This document shows, piece by piece, positions 48,986-58,870 of a stretch of 64,000 nucleotides of DNA (the stretch's first letter is position 1; each line of letters starts with the position of its first letter). The translations under genes and the position numbers were made by a program. The notes beneath the pieces were generated by a model, which ran no database searches, was not told the origin of the DNA, and saw only the letters and a list, made by a program, of their open reading frames with translations. Origin of the DNA: an uncultured archaeon (GTDB taxonomy: Archaea; Asgardarchaeota; Lokiarchaeia; Sigyniarchaeales; SOKP01); NCBI GenBank assembly GCA_964486045.1, contig CAZALK010000001.1, forward strand, positions 64,001-128,000, written 5' to 3'.

Positions 48986-49303
48986 ATGAATACTATTTCC
49001 AATTTTTCTGATCTTGAAAATAATCTCGAGAAAAAGGTTGTGATTATTGGAGAAATTGCTGAAGCTATATGGCAGCATCTTACTACAATTGTAGATTCTC
49101 ACCCATTCATGAACTACTTTGATTTGAGTGATGGTTATCAAATTATAATATACACAAAAGACCAAATCTCGTGTAACGATAAAATTGAAGTCATAGGTAA
49201 ATTAATTAAAGTCGAAAGTCGACATAAGGATCCAAGATCTAAAATAAGCGATAAATTTTCCGAGTTTCAACTTATCACTGATTCATGGAAGTGTGTAGAT
49301 TAG
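48986..49303 (+). CDS. Hypothetical protein (OB-fold-like)
   Basis: KVVIIGEI..WQH..YFD..KIEVIGKL beta-rich pattern. Confidence 0.6.
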   Translation: MNTISNFSDLENNLEKKVVIIGEIAEAIWQHLTTIVDSHPFMNYFDLSDGYQIIIYTKDQISCNDKIEVIGKLIKVESRHKDPRSKISDKFSEFQLITDSWKCVD

Positions 49304-49334
49304 TCTATCCCTTTATTATATAATTTAAAAAAAA

Positions 49335-50489
49335 TTAACGCTTTAAATTGGCATTAACCCAGTCAGTGTAGCCTTTTGCTTCCAGTTCTTTTGGTACAGC
49401 TTGAAAGAATTGCGTTGTTATTTCTTTAACGTGCCTTGCAGCAATCGGATGAAACATCATGGCCAAATCTAAGCCGACGAGGCTCAAGCAGAGAGCATTG
49501 ATAATTTCCCACATAGGACCTCTATATTGCCTTAATCCCCACTGAGGAGCTACTTTTTCACTCATCCATGCTTCTCGAGCACCCCATGCGTTTGTTGTTC
49601 CTCCACTAATTGGGTAAGCAAGGTCTGTTTCTCCTAAGAGTCCTGCTATTCTCATGCGTTGGTAGATACTGAAACTATACTCCATCCCGTAACCTAGCGT
49701 AGCACAGGTAGGATCCATTACTATCCGATTAGGAGCAAGTCCAAGCTCCAGGGCATCTTTATTCATCTTAATTTGATTGTTAAGATCTAAACTTGTCCAG
49801 AGTAGGCAGTTATGATCATATTTAACCGCGAGGGGGATAACTTCTTCCCATGTGGCTTTGTCTGCTGCTGAGAGCATAAGAGTTTCGCTTTCTGTTGCTG
49901 CTGCTGTAACTTCAAACAACTCTATATCCTTTTTCTTATTTCCAGAACAACCAATGATGACAGGAACATCAACAGCTTGGAGTATATCTTCAAGAAATTT
50001 ACGAGACTGTGAAACTGGAGCATCTCCCATAGCAGGATCAATTGTCAATGAGTGAAATGTTATACATTCCGCCCCAAATTTATCAACGGCAAATTTGGCC
50101 CATTCAGCGGGATCTGCTAGCACTTCTTTATATTGCTGTTTAATAGGCTTAGGAAGCACCATCTTATCACCCATGTCAAACACGTCATAGGTGACTAAAG
50201 GTGGGTTAGGATTTTTTTTATCCAATCCCAGAAAATTGTAAAAAGGTGGTACCACTTCTCCGCCAATTGTTGCCTTTTTCCCATTTGATCGAATAAGTTC
50301 TATTGTTTCAATTTTCCCTGGATAGTCTAAATCAAGCGAAAATTTAGCTGGAGTCCATTCAGCCTTTCCTGGCACCCCTGGTATTACCGCTTGAGCCATA
50401 GTTTGAACAATACCGGGCAACATTTGAAGCTCGAGATATTCAGCGAATAAATCGACATCGGTAAGCTCAACTTCTTCCGTGTCTTTCAT
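49335..50489 (-). CDS. cdhD: Acetyl-CoA decarbonylase/synthase delta subunit (corrinoid Fe-S protein small subunit)
   Basis: IGGE..PFY, DVFD, DPAEWAK, VDVPVIIGCSG..KD, MDPT..LGYGMEY, NAWGAREAW, RGPMWE, MMFHP; the frame extends 13 codons upstream to an ATA at 50528. Confidence 0.93.
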   Translation of the reverse strand: MKDTEEVELTDVDLFAEYLELQMLPGIVQTMAQAVIPGVPGKAEWTPAKFSLDLDYPGKIETIELIRSNGKKATIGGEVVPPFYNFLGLDKKNPNPPLVTYDVFDMGDKMVLPKPIKQQYKEVLADPAEWAKFAVDKFGAECITFHSLTIDPAMGDAPVSQSRKFLEDILQAVDVPVIIGCSGNKKKDIELFEVTAAATESETLMLSAADKATWEEVIPLAVKYDHNCLLWTSLDLNNQIKMNKDALELGLAPNRIVMDPTCATLGYGMEYSFSIYQRMRIAGLLGETDLAYPISGGTTNAWGAREAWMSEKVAPQWGLRQYRGPMWEIINALCLSLVGLDLAMMFHPIAARHVKEITTQFFQAVPKELEAKGYTDWVNANLKR

Positions 50490-50669
50490 AAATTCTGCTA
50501 ATTTTTTGCTAAGTTCTTCAAACGATATTTAAATCACTTCTATTTTATTATTTAGTATTTTGATAGATAGGGAATTGTAGAATAAAATTTAAGTTTATTT
50601 AAAAGGGGGGTGCGACGAAATTAGTCATATGATGGAGGATTATGATAATCTTCAAATTCATTTGAATGG

Positions 50670-51182
50670 TTAAAATTTTTCCCACTTTTTCTTATACAGG
50701 AAGATTATTATCCCTATAGCGGAGATTGATGTAATTAATATGATCTCCATTTGAAATCCTGGAATTATTGGAAGATAATATCTGGTTAAATCCTCGGTGC
50801 TTGCTAAATTATACGTATCTGGACCCCCTCCAACTAACATTACCTCAATGTAATAAATTTTTGTTTGGGAGGCTGTAAAATTTATATAAGGGTTGTCAAT
50901 CAAACTATAGTCAATCACGCTACTAAAAATTCTATTATCAAGGCTTTTATCTGCTTTTACATACGATTCTATTGGGCGCGTTTCAAAAAGGAAAAGAGTA
51001 AAATTACCAATCTCATTATGTGTAACACTAATTTCTGTACTATTCCCTTCTCCTAAGTCAAACAAGAAAAAAGCATAATTTCCGTCATTAATATAATCTA
51101 CATATGTGAAAGCTTTTACATTGATGATTGGTACTATGAGGAAAAATAAGGAGCAGAAAAATATGATTTTTTTATAATTCAT
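50670..51182 (-). CDS. Secreted protein with C-terminal IPGF-TM-basic sorting motif
   Basis: Signal peptide ending VKA; C-terminal IIPGF, hydrophobic helix, KKK. Confidence 0.7.
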   Translation of the reverse strand: MNYKKIIFFCSLFFLIVPIINVKAFTYVDYINDGNYAFFLFDLGEGNSTEISVTHNEIGNFTLFLFETRPIESYVKADKSLDNRIFSSVIDYSLIDNPYINFTASQTKIYYIEVMLVGGGPDTYNLASTEDLTRYYLPIIPGFQMEIILITSISAIGIIIFLYKKKWEKF

Positions 51183-51413
51183 TATTAATTTACTTCGAAT
51201 TCTATTAAAATAGATATTTTATTCATAATTTTAAAATTTTTCATTTTTAATTTGTTTATAATTGGAAACCTTTTTATTATTTTAGATTAGATTTTACAAT
51301 TATCGCTTATTAGAATTAGTAAAAATCATTTTAGTAAATTATTGTTTACTAATTTAAAATTTGTGTAATGATTGAGCGAGATAAATACATTTAAGTGTTT
51401 TTAATTCTCTTGA

Positions 51414-52331
51414 TTAATATTTTTCAATCTGAATTATGGGTTCAATAATTTCACTTAAAATTTGCCTAGATTCAGCCCAGAAGTAAAATAGCTTGTTATT
51501 AAAGGGCATAATAACTGCTTTTCCAATCTCAAAATAGAGATCGTTTTTTATCTCAAGAGTCTCTTTCAACTCCTCTGAAAAATATTTTGAATTTTGAAGG
51601 TCGCTAATTTCAATTTGCATCTTAAAGCTTTGAAATGTAATGTTAAAGAATTCAACCTTTTCATCAAGTAACTGAATTTGTTTTATATCAAAAAAATATG
51701 ATTTTATTTCTTTAGTTTTTCTCTTTAAACTCTGAGTAAAGAATTCAAGGGCATTCTTATCACTTTGAATATCATAACCGAATGTAAATAAATGGAAGCT
51801 ACAATCTTTTAAGATACTCGCATGAGGTGCATAAAGCATACAGTCATAAACCTCGTAATCAAACATTGGGATATTATTTCTTTTTACATAGGAATGAATC
51901 TTCCAACCTGACATTATCAGTGGTTCAAAATATTTTCTTATAATTGGATCAATTTGATCGAGAGTTATTTCTATACCTTCTTGAAATATATTTTGTAATG
52001 GTTTGGCATTGGTCTCTTTAAATTTCTGCAAGTGGTTTATTTCATCTTTTTTTTTTTGAATGAGGTGGTCAATAAACTCTATCGGTTTAACGGCAATGTA
52101 AATTGCTGCATTTTTAGATTTTTCAGCATATCCACCTTCAATAACGCATCCAAGATCAATTAATTCATGTAAAATAGGGTATATATTAGTCCTTTTGATA
52201 TCAGTAATATGATCTAAATCACGAACTATGCTTCCATTCCTCCCAGCTTTTATTAAAGTGAAATAGATCAAGGATTGATTATGAGTTAAGCCAATGTTTT
52301 CTAACAATTCAATGAAATTTTCTTCTCTCAT
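51414..52331 (-). CDS. TrmB-like winged-helix transcriptional regulator
   Basis: LENIGLT.NQSLIY..L..IKRTNIY.IL.EL...G..Y.AVKP; start probably MREENF. Confidence 0.78.
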   Translation of the reverse strand: MREENFIELLENIGLTHNQSLIYFTLIKAGRNGSIVRDLDHITDIKRTNIYPILHELIDLGCVIEGGYAEKSKNAAIYIAVKPIEFIDHLIQKKKDEINHLQKFKETNAKPLQNIFQEGIEITLDQIDPIIRKYFEPLIMSGWKIHSYVKRNNIPMFDYEVYDCMLYAPHASILKDCSFHLFTFGYDIQSDKNALEFFTQSLKRKTKEIKSYFFDIKQIQLLDEKVEFFNITFQSFKMQIEISDLQNSKYFSEELKETLEIKNDLYFEIGKAVIMPFNNKLFYFWAESRQILSEIIEPIIQIEKY

Positions 52332-52445
52332 GATGGAAATCACACTTAAATATGTATATATGTATATATACACAAATAACATTTAAATTTTAGTATTGAT
52401 ATTATTAAATAATAAGGTTTAATCTATACTCAAGATGATTTTGAA

Positions 52446-53318
52446 ATGAAATTAGAAAACTTAGATTTTGAAAAATATCATGGATTAGGAAATGACTACA
52501 TCATCATTGACGATATTAAATGGAATATCCCAGAAAATAAAAAATCAAAATTAGCATTAACCTTATGTGAAACCCACTTCTCTGTTGGAGCAGATGGGTT
52601 AATCTTTGTTGAAAGTGCCAAGAAAGCCGATATAAAGATAAGAATCTTCAATATCGATGGATCGGAAGCTGAGCTCTGCGGAAATGGCGTCAGATGCTTT
52701 TCTAAGTATGTTTATGAAAATGATATTGTCAAGAAGGAGGAGATTAGTATTGAAACGTTAAAAGGAATTATAGGTGCCAAATTAAATCTCAAAGACGATA
52801 CTGTGGAGAGTGTTCAGATTGATATGGGACCTCCTATTTTAAATTGTGAAGAAATACCAGTTATTTCTGAGGGTCTCTCAAGCAAAGTTGTGAATGAGCC
52901 CATTGTTATAATAGATAAAATATTCAACTTTACAGCAGTATCAATGGGAAATCCACATGCGGTAATTTTTGTAAAAGAACAATTAAATGACGATGAATTG
53001 AATAGGTATGGTTCTACAATAGAAGCTCACGAGCGTTTTCCAAATAATGTCAATGTAGAATTTGTTAAAATTATAACAGAAGAGGAATGTATTTTACGGG
53101 TATTTGAAAGGGGTGTTGGTATCACTAAATCCTGTGGGACAGGTGCTTGCGCTTCAGTAGTAGCAGGCTCTATTCTTGGGATATTAAAAAAAAATGCACC
53201 TATAACAGTACATAACGATGGTGGAGACCTTAGAATAACCTACTTTGGGAAGACAGTTCTAATGGAAGGTCCAATTAAAAAGGTTTTTACGGGAGTTATT
53301 GAAAAATTAGAAATTTAA
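52446..53318 (+). CDS. dapF: Diaminopimelate epimerase
   Basis: KYHGLGNDY, GADG, AELCGNG.RC, SMGNPH, ERGVG.T.SCGTGACA. Confidence 0.97.
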   Translation: MKLENLDFEKYHGLGNDYIIIDDIKWNIPENKKSKLALTLCETHFSVGADGLIFVESAKKADIKIRIFNIDGSEAELCGNGVRCFSKYVYENDIVKKEEISIETLKGIIGAKLNLKDDTVESVQIDMGPPILNCEEIPVISEGLSSKVVNEPIVIIDKIFNFTAVSMGNPHAVIFVKEQLNDDELNRYGSTIEAHERFPNNVNVEFVKIITEEECILRVFERGVGITKSCGTGACASVVAGSILGILKKNAPITVHNDGGDLRITYFGKTVLMEGPIKKVFTGVIEKLEI

Positions 53319-53340
53319 TTAGAATATCTAGATTATTATC

Positions 53341-54654
53341 ATGGATTATACTAAATGGTTAAAAAACAAAGATTTAGAATATAAAGGTGGTATTTTACAA
53401 TTTGCTAATCTGAATACAATAGATATTGCAGAAAAATATGGCACACCGATTTATGTGATTAACGAAGAAATGATACGAAAGCGGTATAAAAAATTAAAGG
53501 AAAACTTGGATTCAGTATATAAGAAGAATTTTGTACATTTTGCAGTAAAATCTAATTCAAATTTATCGGTTTTGAAAATACTAAACTCGGAGGGGGCTTG
53601 TTTTGACTGTACATCTACAGGAGAAATTTATGAATGTTTTGAAGTTGGTATTCCTCCAGAAAAGATAATTTTTACTGGAAATATGTTTACCAATGAGGAT
53701 CTTAAATTTGCTGTTAAAAATAAGGTCCATGTTAACTTAGACAGTATTAGTCAATTAAGACGATTAAATAAAATCCATGATGAATTAGGTTTTGAAAAGC
53801 AAATAATGTCATTTAGAATAAATCCAGAATTCGGAGCAGGTCATCATTCTCATACAATAACAGCTGGAAAAATGATAAAGTTCGGCATATTAGAGAAACA
53901 GGTTATAGAAGCATACTCACTAGCAAAAAAATTAGGATTTAAAAGGTTTGGGACTCATATACATATCGGTTCTGGCATCCTCAATGCTTACGATTATGAA
54001 AAGGCTGTTGAAAAATACTTAACTATTATTACTCAATTAACCGATACGATTAATATTAATTTAGAATTCATAGATTTTGGAGGGGGTTTGGGAATTCCTT
54101 ATCATCCAGAAGAAGAAGAGTTGAATTTAGATATTTATAAAGAAATAGTTGTCAAAAAATTTAAAACCCTAGTTAATAGCGGAGACCTAGGTGAGCCGCG
54201 TTTTATCATTGAACCGGGGAGATATTTATCTGCTGAAGCAAGTATAATTGTATCTCAAATTAACACTATCAAAGATAATGGTTATAAGAAATTCGTAGGC
54301 GTAAATGCGGGATTTAATACACTAATTCGACCTATTATGTATGGATCGTATCATCATATCATCCCGTGTTCAGATAACAAAGAGAGGAGTATGACCAAAT
54401 ATGATGTAGTCGGCCCTATCTGTGAATCTGGAGATATTATAGGTAAAGAAAGAGTATTACCTGAATTAAAAGAAGGAGAGTTTCTTGCTATTTTAGATAC
54501 TGGTGCTTATGGATTTGTAATGAGTAGTCAATATAATTCTAGACCACGGCCAGCAGAAATTTTGATAGCCAATGGTCAAACCTTTAAAATCAGGGAAGAA
54601 GAAACATATAATGATTTATATAGAAATCAAATAATTCCTAAACACTTAAATTAG
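53341..54654 (+). CDS. lysA: Diaminopimelate decarboxylase
   Basis: GTPIYV, FAVKSN (PLP Lys), HIGSG, DFGGG, EPGRY, GPICESGD, GAYG..M.S.YN.RP. Confidence 0.96.
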   Translation: MDYTKWLKNKDLEYKGGILQFANLNTIDIAEKYGTPIYVINEEMIRKRYKKLKENLDSVYKKNFVHFAVKSNSNLSVLKILNSEGACFDCTSTGEIYECFEVGIPPEKIIFTGNMFTNEDLKFAVKNKVHVNLDSISQLRRLNKIHDELGFEKQIMSFRINPEFGAGHHSHTITAGKMIKFGILEKQVIEAYSLAKKLGFKRFGTHIHIGSGILNAYDYEKAVEKYLTIITQLTDTININLEFIDFGGGLGIPYHPEEEELNLDIYKEIVVKKFKTLVNSGDLGEPRFIIEPGRYLSAEASIIVSQINTIKDNGYKKFVGVNAGFNTLIRPIMYGSYHHIIPCSDNKERSMTKYDVVGPICESGDIIGKERVLPELKEGEFLAILDTGAYGFVMSSQYNSRPRPAEILIANGQTFKIREEETYNDLYRNQIIPKHLN

Positions 54655-54734
54655 GGTTTTGTCTAATTCATATAATTCGCAAAAATTATAATTTTAAGAA
54701 TTCAATAATATATTGAGATAAAATTATATCAAAT

Positions 54735-54850
54735 GGGATTATTAGGGCTTGGATACCCCTTATTAATCTCGATGATGTGTTGGCATTATGAAATCTACTC
54801 TTAGTAGTAAACACAAGAGGATTAATGATAATACTGATCTGCACTGATAA
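54735..54850 (+). ncRNA. Candidate box C/D sRNA with 5' hairpin and a hairpin between D' and C'
   Basis: C-like ATGATGT 54772-78, D' ATGA 54788-91, C' ATGATAA 54825-31, D CTGA 54844-47; 9-12-nt guides; lies in the gap between convergent lysA and dapB. Confidence 0.5.
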
Positions 54851-54871
54851 TTTCTATAATTTTATCTCATT

Positions 54872-55708
54872 TTATAGACCGAGAACTTCCCGAGTCGAAT
54901 AAATCTTATCTTCTTTTGCATCCACTATAAATTTAATGGCTATTATGGAACCGTCAGCAAAACATTCTCGACTATGAGCTTGGTGCTTGAATTCAATCCT
55001 CTCTCCTGGTCCCGCATATAAAATTAAATGATCCCCTACAATATCACCTCCTCGAATAGAATGAATTCCAATCTCTCTTTTAGCACCAATGAGACGTTTA
55101 CTAGGTCCGCGTTGCCTTCCAAATTTTGCGATCTTTCCAAAATCAGAACCTATGGTATCGCTTAAGATTTGCCCTATTTTTAGCGCTGTTCCACTAGGAG
55201 CATCCACTTTCCTATGATGATGAGTTTCAAGTATTTCAATATCCCAATCTGCTAAGTAATTAGTTAGTATCGAAGCAATCTTGAATAAAACGTTTACTCC
55301 GGTTGCCATATTTGGAGAAATTACAGAGGGGGTGTGGTTTCTTTTTATTTCCCCCTCAAATTTATCAAGAAACTCTTGAGATAAAGCTGTAGTTCCAATA
55401 ACACATCTGATTCCATTTTCAACACATAACATACAGTTTTTTTCTGTTGCTGCAGCTACCGTAAAATCTACGGCTACATCAGGTTTTGTTTCAGTTATGA
55501 CTTCCCCGAGATTTTCTACATCAGTCACTTCTATTTTATTTGGATCACTTGTACCAACGATGTTAGCTAATTTTTCCCCTATATTTTGGGTGTCACAAGC
55601 CGCAACAACATTAATATCTTTATCCTCTAATGCTAATTTACTAATTAACTTACCCATCGAACCTGTCGGTCCGAAAATCAGTAATTTAATCATATTTAGA
55701 ACCTCCAA
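54872..55708 (-). CDS. dapB: 4-hydroxy-tetrahydrodipicolinate reductase
   Basis: GPTGSMG, DFT, VIGTT, PNMATGVN, ETHHHRKVDAPSGTA, RGGDIVGDH. Confidence 0.96.
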   Translation of the reverse strand: MEVLNMIKLLIFGPTGSMGKLISKLALEDKDINVVAACDTQNIGEKLANIVGTSDPNKIEVTDVENLGEVITETKPDVAVDFTVAAATEKNCMLCVENGIRCVIGTTALSQEFLDKFEGEIKRNHTPSVISPNMATGVNVLFKIASILTNYLADWDIEILETHHHRKVDAPSGTALKIGQILSDTIGSDFGKIAKFGRQRGPSKRLIGAKREIGIHSIRGGDIVGDHLILYAGPGERIEFKHQAHSRECFADGSIIAIKFIVDAKEDKIYSTREVLGL

Positions 55709-55714
55709 GGATGT

Positions 55715-56614
55715 TTAAATAATATCTAAATCCTTTAAAACACTTTTAATTCGTTTTTGATTTTCCTTTAAGGGAGGTGTCATGGGTAATCTCATTCTAT
55801 TATCCATCAAGTCCAATTCATTTGCTGCATATTTGACTGGTCCAGGATTGGTTTCAATGAATAATACCTTAAATAAATCATACAACTGTAGCTGCATCTC
55901 TCTTGCTTTTTTCCAATTATTATTTAGCATACTTTTAGTAAATTCGACTAATTTTGAAGGGATAATATTCGATGCAACGCTTACAACACCTTTTCCGCCT
56001 AATGCCATAACATGATATGTCATACTGTCATCACCACTTAAGACAATAAAATCGTCTGGAGTAGTTTTAATGATTTTCGTTATTTGGTCTATATCACCAC
56101 TAGCACATTTAATCCCTACGATATTATCCTTAGCATATGCGAGTTTTGAAACTGTTTCAGGTTCTATATTTCTTCCAGTACGGCTTGGGACGTTATATAT
56201 AACTATCGGTAGGGATACAGAATCCGCTATTGCTGAGAAGTGATCCATTAGAGAATGTTGAACGGGTTTATTATAGTAGGGTACTACAATTAATGCTCCA
56301 TCAGCACCAACCTTTTCAGCGTATTGGGATAAAGAAATAGCTTCTTTAGTCGAATTACTTCCTGCTCCGGCTAACACAAAAGGATCTTTCCCACTCTTTT
56401 TTGCTTCATCAACAGTAATGTCCATTGCTACATGGTGTTCTTCATGTGACAGCGTAGCACTTTCACCAGTTGTACCCATTGTTAAGAGCTGAGCCCCATT
56501 TTCGATTTGAAATCTTATAAATTCTCTGTATTTTGCTTCATCAATAGTTAAATCTTCTCGAAAGGGAGTAATCATCGCTGTAATTACATTTTTAAGTTTT
56601 TCAATACCAGGCAT
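55715..56614 (-). CDS. dapA: 4-hydroxy-tetrahydrodipicolinate synthase
   Basis: ITPF, GTTGES, GAGSNST, PYYNKP, YNVPSRTG, GIK, SGDD, ETNPGPVK. Confidence 0.96.
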   Translation of the reverse strand: MPGIEKLKNVITAMITPFREDLTIDEAKYREFIRFQIENGAQLLTMGTTGESATLSHEEHHVAMDITVDEAKKSGKDPFVLAGAGSNSTKEAISLSQYAEKVGADGALIVVPYYNKPVQHSLMDHFSAIADSVSLPIVIYNVPSRTGRNIEPETVSKLAYAKDNIVGIKCASGDIDQITKIIKTTPDDFIVLSGDDSMTYHVMALGGKGVVSVASNIIPSKLVEFTKSMLNNNWKKAREMQLQLYDLFKVLFIETNPGPVKYAANELDLMDNRMRLPMTPPLKENQKRIKSVLKDLDII

Positions 56615-56866
56615 GATAATTTTATTTACTAAATTTTTTACTATTCTATTAAAGCAAGTATTAGAAAAAATCCTTTATAAGCCTTATTAATATCATAAAT
56701 AGTTTTTTTAACGAGAGAATGAATTCGACATTTTTAAAAATAAGATTAAGAAAATTGGAGAATTATCTTTTTTAATAATGGATAAATGTTAAATATGTAA
56801 ATTATTACTTTCATATTTATATAGTGAATGATGTATGTGTGGGAAATTAGAAGGAATTAAACTCTT

Positions 56867-58747
56867 TTGAATATAAATCATCCATATCTTCAACTTTCAA
56901 ATGAGAAAGTTAAAGAAATTTTAAATGTAATTCCAAACCCGGTATTTGTTTGGCAAAGAAAAGAAGGGGATTTGGTTTTAGTAGATTATAACAAAGCAGC
57001 AGAAGTCATCACTGAATTTAAGGTTAAGGAGTTAATTAATTTAAAGGCAACAGAGATATATATTGACAGACCTGAAATGATAAAAGATTTAAACCGGTGT
57101 TTAAATGAAAAATTAAATTTTTCAAAAGAAGTGAAATATAAATTTATTAGTACTGGGATGAATAAAACCCTTTATGTAACACTTAGTTATATTTCACCTG
57201 ATTTTGTTTTTGTATATACAGAAGATATTACTGAACAAAAAAAAGGAGAAGCCTATCTAAAAAAATCAGAAACAGAAAAATCAATTATTTTGGCAAGTAT
57301 ATCTGAACTTATTGTGTTTCAGGACCTGGACAATAACATAATACGAGCGAACAAAGCCGCAGCTGACTCTGTTCAAAAAAAATTACCACAATTAATTGGT
57401 CAAAAATGTTTCTCAATATGGCACAATCGTGATACACCTTGTGAAATTTGCCCTGTCAATAGAACTGTGGAAACATCTCAAATAGAAACTGATTCTATTG
57501 CCTCACCAGATGGGAGAAACTGGATAATAACAGGTTACCCCGTGTTTGACAATTCTGAAAAACTAGTTGGTGTTGTTGAAGTAGCGAATGATGTTACAGA
57601 ACGTATTAAAGCACAACTAAAAATTAAGGAATCAGAAGAGAAGTATCGATCACTTTTTGAAAATATGACAGCTGCTTTTGCATATCATGAAGTTGTCACT
57701 GATGAAAACAATAAACCAATTGATTATAAATATGTAGAAGCCAACTCTGCATTTGAAAAACTTACTAGTTTAAAACTAGATGATTTAATTGGAAAAAATG
57801 TAACTGAGGTACTACCAGGAATAGAAAATGACCCTGCTGATTGGATTGGTAGATTTGGTGAAGTTGGACTAACAGGAATACCGCTTTCTATTGAAGATTA
57901 CTCAGAACCTTTAGATCGGTGGTATAAGGTTTCTGGATATTCTCCTAAAAAGGGTTTTTTTGCCGTAACCTTTACCGACATTACCAATCGGAAAAAGACA
58001 GAAGAAAAATTGAAGGAATCTGAAAAAAAATATAGGGACGCCTTTAATCGGAGTAATTTATACAAGGATATATTTACTCATGACATAAATAATATCCTCC
58101 AGAATGTGTTATCGTCATTAGAGCTTTCTAAAGCCTTCTCTCATGAAGTTAATAAAAAACTTGAATACGAAGAAGTCATGAATCTCATTAATAGACAAAT
58201 TATTCGAGGAAAAAAACTAGTAAAAAACATACAAACTCTTTCTCAAGTTGATAAGTATAAGGAAGATCTTTCTTCAATCGAAATATTAAATATGTTAGAA
58301 AAAACAGTTAAAATCTTAAAAGAAAACAATCACGACAAAACAGTAGATATCACAATTACAGCATCTCAAGATGAATATTATATAAAAGCAAACAAATCAT
58401 TAAGAAAAATTTTTGATAACATTCTTGATAATGCCGTATATCATAATGGAAGTTTATTGATAGAAATTGTAATCAGCATCTCAAAAGAACGTAAAGATGA
58501 AACTGATTTCATCAAATTTGAGTTTATTGATAATGGCATAGGAATTCCTGATCCTATGAAAGATAGTATTTTTACTAGAGAAATTAAAGAAAACGATATA
58601 CCCTCAGGTATTGGGTTAGGCTTATTACTTGTAAAAAGATTAGTAGAAAGTTATAATGGAGAGATAAGAGTTCAAGATCGAATTATAGGAGATCATACTA
58701 AAGGAAGTAAATTTATTGTTTTAATCCCAGAAAAACAGATCCATTGA
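56867..58747 (+). CDS. Multi-PAS sensor histidine kinase
   Basis: Three PAS-like repeats, H-box THDINN, NILDNAV, DNGIGI, GIGLGL. Confidence 0.92.
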   Translation: MNINHPYLQLSNEKVKEILNVIPNPVFVWQRKEGDLVLVDYNKAAEVITEFKVKELINLKATEIYIDRPEMIKDLNRCLNEKLNFSKEVKYKFISTGMNKTLYVTLSYISPDFVFVYTEDITEQKKGEAYLKKSETEKSIILASISELIVFQDLDNNIIRANKAAADSVQKKLPQLIGQKCFSIWHNRDTPCEICPVNRTVETSQIETDSIASPDGRNWIITGYPVFDNSEKLVGVVEVANDVTERIKAQLKIKESEEKYRSLFENMTAAFAYHEVVTDENNKPIDYKYVEANSAFEKLTSLKLDDLIGKNVTEVLPGIENDPADWIGRFGEVGLTGIPLSIEDYSEPLDRWYKVSGYSPKKGFFAVTFTDITNRKKTEEKLKESEKKYRDAFNRSNLYKDIFTHDINNILQNVLSSLELSKAFSHEVNKKLEYEEVMNLINRQIIRGKKLVKNIQTLSQVDKYKEDLSSIEILNMLEKTVKILKENNHDKTVDITITASQDEYYIKANKSLRKIFDNILDNAVYHNGSLLIEIVISISKERKDETDFIKFEFIDNGIGIPDPMKDSIFTREIKENDIPSGIGLGLLLVKRLVESYNGEIRVQDRIIGDHTKGSKFIVLIPEKQIH

Positions 58748-58870
58748 TGCTCTACCTTATCTTTTAAGAATCAATGTTGTTTAAATCAAAAAACTCATTA
58801 AAAATATTCATAAACCTTAAAAGAATTGATTTTGATTTATTTACTAATTCATTTCAATCAGCTTGTTAAA

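Noticed and set aside
54788-54829. Eukaryote-like SECIS element (ATGA..AA..TGA hairpin)
   Set aside because: The GA quartet spacing does not fit, neither flanking gene has an in-frame TGA, and a C/D box layout explains the motifs better.
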